In this document: one piece after another, positions 54,535 to 64,000 of the stretch
Layout: each line of letters opens with the position of its first letter
Numbering within the stretch: position 1 is the stretch's first letter
Origin: Nymphaea colorata
Taxonomy: Eukaryota
NCBI RefSeq assembly: GCF_008831285.2
Contig: NC_045138.2
Span: forward strand, 2,294,001-2,358,000
DNA length: 64,000 bases
Direction: 5' to 3'
Program-made: the position numbers and the translations under genes
Notes under the pieces: model-generated
What the model saw: the letters and a program-made list of their open reading frames with translations, nothing else
What the model was told of the DNA's origin: nothing
Database searches by the model: none

Positions 54535-56399
54535 TCCTCCACTTGGTAGGTAGTAGTTTGTGGTGCTTTTCTCTTTCGGAATTTGGAGTGAAACCATGGT
54601 GATCTCTCTCTCTCTCTCTCTCTCCCTCCCTCCCTCTCTTAGTGATGCAGCAGCTTGAGTTTTCTCAGCCTGTAGAGTTGCAGAGTTGCTGTATGGCTTG
54701 GCAGTTTGGACTGGAGAAAAAGGGAAGGCGTGTGTGATATTGATGGCTGGAAGAATGTAAAGCGGTTTGGATTCCGATTATCTAATATACAATGGAATCA
54801 GATTTTGCAGAATTCTGGATACACAAAAGTACCAAAACCCCAAATACTTGTTTACATTATTTCAATTTCGATGAACACTATTCTTTTGGACTGGAAACGA
54901 TAGATATGATGCACTTCAAATATCCAACTGAATTACTTTAAGTCGAATATGAAAATTTTTGTTATCCTAATAAGAAATCTGATCAGATTTTGCTTTAAAA
55001 ATGGCATGTGGAATTCGAATTTGGTATTAAATAAATATCTGATTTGATAGTAAATATAAAAAAAGAAAAATTGGATATCTGAACAGAATGTGTATATCTG
55101 AATCCAAATTTAAATGTCCAAATCTGGATCTACACATCTGAATCTGAATTTAAACATCCAAATTTGAAGCCATATCTAAAATCGTAATTTTGAATATCCC
55201 ATTCAACACTGTCTTTTTTAATATAATCCTGGTCCAGGTAAGCTCCAGGTCCCGTCCAAGTCAAGTCTAGTCCAGTCTAGGCCGGTTTTAGATGAGAGTG
55301 CTCTTCCATGCACCAGCCCTCATGGTTTCACATTTTTTTCATACATGACTAAACTATAAAATTGTTGAGCATATATAGAAACAGTGGAGAATGCATCCGT
55401 AAAAACAAATGAGTAAACTATAAAATGTTGAGCATATATAGAAACAGTGGAGAATGCATCCGTAAAAACAAAAGAACAAGGGCTGGTCTATGAAGTTTGA
55501 GGAACACCTCTTACTCGGACGGCCCTGCCATGGACCAAACTTGGACCAGTGGGATTAAGAAACACAGCCGTGAATTTGCTATTCAAACTCTGATTTTAGG
55601 TAATGCATGGGAATTTGGGTATTTATAAGAACTTTAAAGATAAATTCGGATTCAGATATATAAATTCCAATTCGAATGTCCGCTTTCATTTATGTTTATC
55701 CCCTATGTTTTAAAAATAAACTTCGGATCGGTTTCCATGTTTAGAGTCGGATTCTAATATGGCATTAATTTGTTTATCCGCATTCAAATCCTATTCTAAT
55801 CCAAAGATGTTGAAAAATCGGACATAGTAAATATCCGATTTAAAGCGGATCCATTGATGACAATACCTTCTTTCTTTGGAATATCAGTCAAAAAACACAA
55901 TTTACCATTATACGGCAGAAAGAAAACAGAAGAAATTTGGATCTGCAAACCTTGTCGTTATGACAGCGTTTTAAATTCCAAGACTCTAAGAGCTTTCGTC
56001 CCAAGCACTTCAATGGCGCGAATCTGATTCAAAAGAGAGAGGAGGGGGGAGAGCGAGAGAGAGAGAGAGAGAGTGTGCGTGTGTGTTTCCAGTTCCTTTC
56101 GGTGGGAGTCTCATTCTTGATACAGAAAGCAAAGCGAGCTTATGAAATTCATAATCCAGAAGAATATATATATCGGAAACTAAAGACCAAACCATTCGGT
56201 GCAACACAATGCATAGAAGTCCAGCCTAATAACATATAGAAGACAAAAATGTATCTCAGAACTAAAACAAAATCTGCTGTCGCTACCAAAAAACATAATT
56301 TCAAGCGAAGAATGTCCTGCTTGCAATGGAAAACGAGAATATATATCTCAACTGAAAAAACCGAAACCTCAACGAAAAGGACTACCATGTTTGCGTCCC

Positions 56400-56658
56400 T
56401 TACGCTTTCAGCCGCCCATAGAACCTGGCCTTCTCCTGTGTAGTCTGGAAACGACCATGGCCGAACTTGGATGAGGTATCAATGAATTTCAGCTTGATTT
56501 CCTCCATGGCAACCCGGGAGGTTTGCTTCAGCAGAGATTGACGGAGGGTCACAACGCGCTTCTTAGGACCAACACAGCATCCCTTGATGAGGATGTAGTC
56601 GTCCTTCACCACACCATAGTGGGGGAACCCTCCCATGGGGGTGATGTCTTTCTCAGTC
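56400..56658 (-). CDS. RPL3: 60S ribosomal protein L3 (uL3), exon 5
   Basis: [15 protein letters not shown]...[16 protein letters not shown]...RLKA*, with acceptor gacag. Exons of 85+111+305+410+259 nt total 1170 nt, giving 389 aa. Confidence 0.97.
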
Positions 56659-56816
56659 CTGTCCACAGTGAAGAGAATCAGAGACATACATTGTTCGCGG
56701 GTAATTATCAGCAGCACAAGATCCAACTCTAATCTTAAATGAGAAAGAAAATCCCACCAAACCTACTAAGAAAGAAAATGAGAACTATAGGTACAACAGA
56801 TGTAAAAATCACTAAC

Positions 56817-57226
56817 CTATCAAACTCTGTTGCTCCAGAATGTGATTCTTGCCCGTTCTTCCCAAGTTTGTAGATCTTCTTGTTCAATTCTGTACGATGG
56901 TGATATCCATTTTGTCCAGCCCTGGCAACAGTGAAGGACACCCTAGCTGGATGCCAAGCACCAATACAAGCTACCTTACGAAGCCCACGGTGGGTCTTGC
57001 GTGGCAGGCGGGTGACGCCCCAGCGAGTGACAACACCCTCATACCCCTTACCCTTGGTCACACCAATTATGTCAATCATCTCATCCTTTTGGAAGACAGC
57101 ATCCACAGGGATTTGCTTCTCAAAGAACTTGTAGGCATAATCAACCTTCTCTGCCACTGTTCCACCGTTCACCTGAATCTCCATCAAGTGAGCTTTCTTC
57201 TGCTTCAGACCCTTCATTTTTCTTAT
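56817..57226 (-). CDS. RPL3: 60S ribosomal protein L3, exon 4
   Basis: [22 protein letters not shown]...[15 protein letters not shown]..., with canonical cag / gttagt boundaries. Confidence 0.97.
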
Positions 57227-57373
57227 CTGCAGGATCACCACACAAGATACATAACTTCCAATTAGACCATTTCATAACCTCAGCTACCTAGTTTAACATG
57301 GATACGAGTAGAAATGAATAAAATCCATTAAAAGCAAACAAAAGATAAAATATGAGGAAGCCAAAGTTTTCAC

Positions 57374-57678
57374 CTGTGTGTGGGCTAGGACACGAACAAC
57401 TGATGCATACTTTTTCATTTTCTCTAGCTCAGCCTCGATTTCCTTTTTCCCTGTATCATTCTCGTATTTCTTGGAGTACTTTGTGAATGCCTTCTTCTTG
57501 GACTTGTACCAGTTCTTATAGAACCTCCTCCTCACCTCTTCGCTCAAATGCTGAGCCCAAACTGTGTTTAGAGTCCGGAGCCCGCGTGGTGTCTTGATGT
57601 AACCAACAACCCCAACAACAATCATTGGAGGTGTTTCAATGACTGTCACAGCCTCGCATGTTTCCTTCTTGTGAAGCT
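57374..57678 (-). CDS. RPL3: 60S ribosomal protein L3, exon 3
   Basis: [17 protein letters not shown]...[15 protein letters not shown]...VRVLAHTQ, with canonical splice sites. Confidence 0.97.
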
Positions 57679-58551
57679 CTGGCACAAGAACAAAGTCTCA
57701 TAAGAAATTACAGCCGCTTGATTCTGTAACCCATGGGCCAGCATAAAACATAAAAAATGAGAGAAATAAGCTGGATCTTTCGACAGGCTCTGGTCTGGCA
57801 GCCAACAAAAAGATTGGAACAGGAATCAGAAGATAGATGGAAGCTGGTGGACACAACCCATCCTTGCAAATTGAATCCTTGAAAAAAAATTTTCTAGGGA
57901 TCCACAAATCATTTTGTCCTTCAAAGATTTTTTTTGGGCAAAACCTTCAAAATGGATTTTCACAAGAGGAACGCCAGAACTTAATAGAAAACAAGTTCCT
58001 AACTCAGATTAAACAGCAAAAAAGAACAAAGCAGATTGGAAAAAACAAAGAAAATGAGTACAGAATCCATACATTGCAAAGCAAGGAGAAAAATTTTGTG
58101 CGATAGGATGCAAGTGACTGGCTAGGATATTTGCAAACTTGTCAGATGTGTCAGATGAATCTAGCATATGTAAAAAAAAAATTGGCTGATGAGATCATGT
58201 ACCTGAACCTCAATCTGAACGCAGTTCTAGAAGAAATATTTTAGTTCATGCTACAGTTCATATACTGCTTAGACAAGATGATCTAATTGGAACACTAATT
58301 CTACCAATCTGAAAAATAAATATTGTACTGTTTATACTTTATTAGCAAACCAAGTAAAGATTTTAGTCATTAGCTCTATTATTCCAAGTCAAAAAGTTCT
58401 TTATCTAACCATTTAATCATGATTTTCTGATTTGATGCATAATTGAAGATATAATTGAAGGTTTAGTTGGTCTGGGTCAAAAATGGCCTCTCTAGGCACC
58501 AAGGCTACACCTGCAACAACTAAGCACCCAGTTGCCCTCAATTGTCATACT

Positions 58552-59328
58552 CAAAGTTATAAAAGGCGTAGCGTATCGCGTATCGGTCGGGCTGACCTAT
58601 ACGCTGTATCGTAACGTATCGTAAACGTAACGTATCGTAAAATTAATTTTTTAATTTTAAAAAATATTTAAAAATCAGAAAAATAGAGAAAAATTATTAA
58701 AAATCTGAAAAAATAAACAAAAAATCAGAAATCAAGAAAAATATATTCAAATATAAAAAAGATCATCATACATAAGGAACATTCATGTGTGTCAACAACG
58801 CATTCATAAATTAGAAATTAGATATTCAAAATAACATAATAAGCATCCATCACAATTTTAAACTTGAAAATTTTATAGAATCTTAAGACTTTGAGTCTTA
58901 GGACTTTGAGTTTTAGGACTTATATTACATCACAATTTTATAAGTTCAAAACATATAGTTATCAACTTATCATCTTTCATGATTTAACGATAATATTTTC
59001 CAAATCGATGAATCCTTGGTTATTTTTGATGAAAATGTGCAAAATCTCTCCCTCCTACGTCTCTTGGAGTCTTTAAATACAAGAAGAGAGAGAGGGAGGA
59101 GTATTTAAACTTTAAAAAATAAAAAATTTTGTGTTTTAACCCGTATCGTACGATACGGGGGTGTATCGCCCGTATCGTACGATACGGCCCCCGTATCGCA
59201 CGTATCGTGCGATACGTGTACGATACAGACGCATATCGTCTTTAAACAGCGTATCGTATAGGTTTTCTTGACCTATACGATACGTATCGTACGATACGCG
59301 TTCGTATCGTACGATACGGATAACATTG
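58552..59328. mobile_element. hAT non-autonomous element in RPL3 intron 2
   Basis: TIR caaagttat/ataacattg, exact 8-bp TSD gtcatact (58544-58551, 59329-59336), and dense CGTATCG/CGATACG subterminal repeats. Confidence 0.9.
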
Positions 59329-59585
59329 GTCATACTAACACCACCTTCAAGGACCACCAATCTTATAGTCGGCCAGCTTGAGAGCATGAACATCTTGATA
59401 ATGTCAAAAAGCTCAATAATTAAACCAAAAACATAGAAGAAATTTAATTCCATAAAAAATAAGGTGACAAAACCATGATAGGTACCAACAAAGAAGCATG
59501 GAAATTGAGCTTTATCATCAGGAAAAATTTCAACGGCTAAAAACAGAAAGAATAAGGTGAGATGCTTGATGATTAATCAGCTTAC

Positions 59586-59696
59586 TTGATCCAGGCTTGT
59601 CGACATCCCTGACAATGTGGGTCATTCCAGCCTTGTATCCAAGGAAGGCTGTGAGGCGGCATGGTTTGCTTGGATCATCTCTCGGGAAAGACTTCA
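59586..59696 (-). CDS. RPL3: 60S ribosomal protein L3, exon 2
   Basis: (V)[36 protein letters not shown], with cag / gtaag boundaries. Confidence 0.96.
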
Positions 59697-61841
59697 CTGA
59701 GGCACATTATGATACAGAGACTAATATCAATGACCAATTTTGCAGACAAAATAAATACATATAGACAAACATAAACAAGGAAATCTGTTACGTCCACCTT
59801 GAAGCCAGTATTAGATTTGATTGAAGATAAACAAAGAATAAAGAACTATAGCTACTTTGGCATCAAGCATCAAGGAAAACAAGAAAGGACAAATAGCTTA
59901 CAAACCAAAAAAATAATAATCAACAAATTGCTCCATAACTAAAGAGATATTATGCACATTACAGGAAAGAGGACGAAAGGAGAGGGGAAGGAGGTAGTCC
60001 AATAAGAGCAAGAAACAGTTTGGTTGCAATGACAACTATAACGCATAGTCCAGGAGCCAAAACTGAGGAAACAAACTGCAGGCATTAAAACAGAAAACTA
60101 TTGTCACAAATTGCTTTCGGCAAGGCTTTCCTTAAATATTAATCAGAGATTCAGAAAATCTGTTATTCTCAAGAAAATCCCAGGACCAAAAATATAAAAT
60201 GCAGAAAAAAATATAAAACCTATGCAAATGTGAACCTTCTGCAAAGTTCCCTACAAAAACATTGACAGAAATTCGAACTTGTCATTAAAATGTCAAAGGA
60301 ACCAAAAAAAGTTTAAATGACCTTAATCATGGCTGGAAAAAATATCTTCTAAATTTCATTTCGACAAATTTTTCAGTAATTCCTAATTTGTCAGTTAGCT
60401 TGTTTTCAACAATATTGTCACGATATTTGACCATTTAGATATTCATGAAAATGCATAAAAATAAAAAAGAGGAAGAAATAAAAGCATTTTCAGGAGCTGA
60501 TATTTAACATAGATTATGAAAACCAGAAGTCAAATTGAATACATAACAGGACGGTACAGCAATTAATCAAAGTCAAAGATGTCGAACAATAGGAAAGAAG
60601 TTGAAACTTGAAAACAAACAACAATTTACACCAAAAGAGACTGTGCTGACAAAAAGATATCTAAAGACATGAATCCACCACCTCCCCACCCAGTTTTACA
60701 CACGCAAAAAAAATAGCTATTGACTATAAGTGTAATATCTACTATCTAGTTTAGCTGTTTAGGTAGTAGGCTAGCAGCCAAGATAAACATAGTAAGTTAG
60801 CAAAGTGCAAAAGTGACTGTTTTTGTTAAAGAAGATTCAGTCACACACACGTAGCGCTGCTGGAAAATATAATGGTGATACTTTCTCGTTTCAAAACCTA
60901 CCTCAGGAAGCCATCAGATGATCTATTTAGACAACATATCAGTAGCAAGACACCGAATCTTCCAAGTGTCCTCAAAGGAAGTTCGTTGCCATTCACTTCT
61001 ATTCCCCAGTCATCTGCATTGCCCACTTTAAATAGACAGAAGCATCTGGAGTGTTAACATGATGATGACCGTCGTCCATATGGTTAAAGCCTACAGAAGT
61101 TCATTCTACACTGCAGGAGGAAGGATTGGACGAGAAGATAGAGAGGGCGTCTAACAGAACATCTCAGTAGATTAAAACAATTGGCATAGCCGAACATAGG
61201 TTCGTAGACTAAACATAGGCTGGATTATACTGCATTACCCCACATGGGAAGAGAAACTAGAACTTCAGGAAGCCGAACGAACCAAGAGCATATCCGAGAT
61301 GAATAAGATAACAAGAGATAATCAACTTCGGCAGGTCCCTTCATCCCAAAATCTCAGATCACCCACCATTCTCGATCTACACCTCACGACGCATAATGTT
61401 CGACATGAAACAATCCAACATAAGAATCACCGACCCTATTCTACTTTGCATACGCATGACAACAAACGAAACTCAAAATCCAATCCTCCACTGGAGTCGA
61501 CCAAAGCAAGCCTAAGCTACGATTCCAGCACCACGCGGCAGACCAAACCTACCGCCTCCCTAAAATGGCGCCGGAAGCTTCTAAGAATTCGAACCATGAA
61601 TCATCAAAGTGCAAGGACAAGCCCAAAGGACCACGACATCAATCATTTCACATGGCCATGAGAAACAGCACGAAAGTAAACACAAATTCGCAAAAAAGAA
61701 GCATTGAATTCAGAACCGCATATTTTGCGCTTTGCAGTGACCAGATCGTCGATTCAGCATATACAGATCACGAATGCAAGAATAAAACAGAAAAAATAAC
61801 GGCAGCAACAATACAGAAAAGAAGAACACACGAACTGATCA

Positions 61842-61973
<132 letters not shown>

Positions 61974-62014
61974 TCACTCTCTCGAAGAAAAGGGCTCGAC
62001 CGCTCTTCTTCTAT

Positions 62015-62070
62015 CAGATATAAGGGCTGAAATGGATGAAACCCTAAGCTTCTCTGGGCTTTAGGGTTTT
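62015..62070 (-). promoter_or_regulatory. RPL3 promoter: two inverted telo boxes flanking a site II element, plus a TATA-like motif
   Basis: AAACCCTAA (62039-62047), TGGGCT (62055-62060), TTAGGGTTT (62061-62069) and cttatatc (about 62024-62017). The telo box plus site II combination is typical of plant ribosomal protein promoters. Confidence 0.75.
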
Positions 62071-64000
62071 GCTCGCTTACGTAAATGCCCTTGACATAAC
62101 TATTTTTCTCCGGGTTGCATCTGGACTAAGATACGGGCCACGCAAGATTTGGATCCATGACTGAGACGATCCGGAAAGATATTCTAGGGTTCTATCTGGA
62201 TCTCGGATATATGTGGTGATGCTAGATCTGGTAAAAAAAAAAAAAAAAAGTTTGAGCGAGTCCTCTGTAAGGAGTGTGGCTGTTTTTTATTTGGATTCGA
62301 TATGCCGATTATGCCTGATCCGAACTGATCTGACCGAAAATGAAGGTTTAATGAGTTAGAAGTTCGGATAAGAGCGTGCACACGGTTTGATTCGATGTGT
62401 TCAAGTATCATAAGCTCGGGTCTTTTTAAAATCTGATCCAGATAATAAATTTTTATTTCCGTAATCTTGCCTGGAAAAATTATAAAAAGGTATCTAAAAA
62501 AAACTTGTTAAAAAACAAACTCAGAGGACAACCTACTAAAATAAAACACTAGTTCTTTATATAGAATGATAAAAATACTTTTGTTAAAGATAAAAAAACA
62601 ATATGGCATTGCATAATTTTGTGACTTTTAAAATCTGAGCAGTGATTTGTTGTTTATCCATTTATAGTTATTTTATCAAATATTTTGTGTGGTATTGAAA
62701 ACTTTTGGAATAAGCATGAGGATGAGTATTCTATCATTGAGACGCGCATTGGAACCCCTACTCTTTCTTTCATCTTCTCAGGGTATCAAGCCTATCGTAG
62801 GTGTCTCGAGATGACATCTATGTTATACTTCAACTTGCATATCACTATCACTGTACATGTTGAGCTATAATCAAGCTTTTGTGAGTTTGAGAGTCAAACT
62901 GTGGCCTCAATGTAGCACATGAAAAGCTATGTTGACTTAGTGTAGACCATTTTCTAGTGATTTAAGTGATTTAAGATCACAATAGATCTCGGTGCACATT
63001 TCATGGTTTGGATTTTTTTTTTTTCCAAAATGACTCATGTACTTATAATCAACAACGGCCAAGGCAGGGGCGGCAAAGGCCATGGTCCTCCCTCTAATTT
63101 AAAAAAAAAATGAAACTTTTACTTATGAATTATGAAAAAATTAGTTTAAAGGTTTGAAACTATAGTTCAGCCCTTTGCGGAAAAAAAAAAAAGTTCTAAC
63201 TCCACCCACTTCCCACCTAATTAACTAATAATCTTTTTTCTAATTCCTACCTGTGTGATTGATTGCTGTAGACTAGATTTCCAACTACTGAAATTGGACA
63301 TAAATCAAGGTTTTTATGTCACATAATCCATTTTTCTCTAAGACCAAGGACTGTGTTTTTTTATGATAAAAATGAAAAGCAAATAGTGAACTTGTAGGTT
63401 AAATATGTTTAATTATTGGATCAAGTCAAAGAATTGGGATCCTGATATCCGTATTGTAAATGTGTATGAGCAACTGGTAGGCCTTAGACAATTTCGTTTC
63501 TAAGAAAATCCTAGAAGCCCAAAATAACATACTTTCTCATTATTTAACCTACAAACAAAAATGGATTCACAAAGTGTTGTACGGACCAACACATTACTTT
63601 AGCTTCATTTTTTTGCCATGGGATGAAGCGTTCTTTTTTGTTCAGCTTTAAGTTAATTTAAATATGAACTAGTCAGGTTCAGCATGACCTTTTTTTTTTA
63701 TTTAAATTAAATAAAAAGTCAAATATATGGGTTTAGGTTAATTAAAAACATATAAAGCTACAACCCCATAACAATAACAATAAAAAATAAATGAAGTCAA
63801 TCTCATAGAATTTATGCTGCGAATCTCGCTACCTGGTACCACCATTACTTTAAACTTTGAGCATAGGTCAAATAAGTGTGCTTGGAACAAGTTGAAGGTA
63901 TGTCTCTAGTTCGAATCTGTTGTAAACTATGGTCTTATATAGTAAGGAGAGCATGTCCTACATGCAACTTGAAGTACACAAAAATCTGGCTACTTGGTAC

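Noticed and set aside
49018..55470. Short tandem duplications (45 bp at about 49018-49109; about 60 bp at about 55350-55470)
   Set aside because: Ordinary two-copy slippage duplications with no further structure.
59136..59453. RY/RIV-repeat ORF and CRISPR-like CGTATCG periodicity
   Set aside because: These are subterminal repeats of a TSD-flanked hAT element, with no spacers, in a eukaryotic context.
61340..61440. Possible C/D snoRNA in RPL3 intron 1 (tggtgggtgat-CTGA, 10-nt complement to 25S rRNA)
   Set aside because: No convincing box C or terminal stem, and the predicted target base is not a methylation site I know. A 10-nt match can arise by chance; snoscan or Rfam would settle it.

Overview
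Flowering-plant nuclear DNA in two halves. The right half (about 40-64 kb) holds three intact genes: a PP1 inhibitor-3/YPI1 gene (minus strand, with a probable 3'UTR intron), a NETWORKED-2/KIP1 actin-binding protein (plus strand, 2 exons, 1125 aa) and ribosomal protein L3 (minus strand, 5 exons, 389 aa). The left half (1-40 kb) has no intact host gene. It contains three decayed Ty1/copia elements, one of them with a triple nest (a TRIM solo LTR inside a 3.7-kb solo LTR inside the copia integrase). It also has hAT and Tourist MITEs, a tRNA-derived SINE, and a local segmental duplication (1-3128 vs 30173-35838). The most striking signal is a cluster of long fold-back inverted repeats of graded age, whose arms are not recognisable as a known transposon. 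These are a ~97%-identical 2.1-kb palindrome with a 24-nt loop (12490-14609), an old fold-back with a pre-miRNA-like core (25192-26121), a 1.4-kb fold-back centred on a broken hAT end (32552-33968) and a 0.7-kb fold-back with a perfect 23-bp core (36991-37686). They lie among modules reshuffled in both orientations, two of which are copies of the inhibitor-3 gene's 3' region. Together they suggest a hairpin/small-RNA-producing locus, but expression cannot be shown from sequence alone. All alignments were made by eye.
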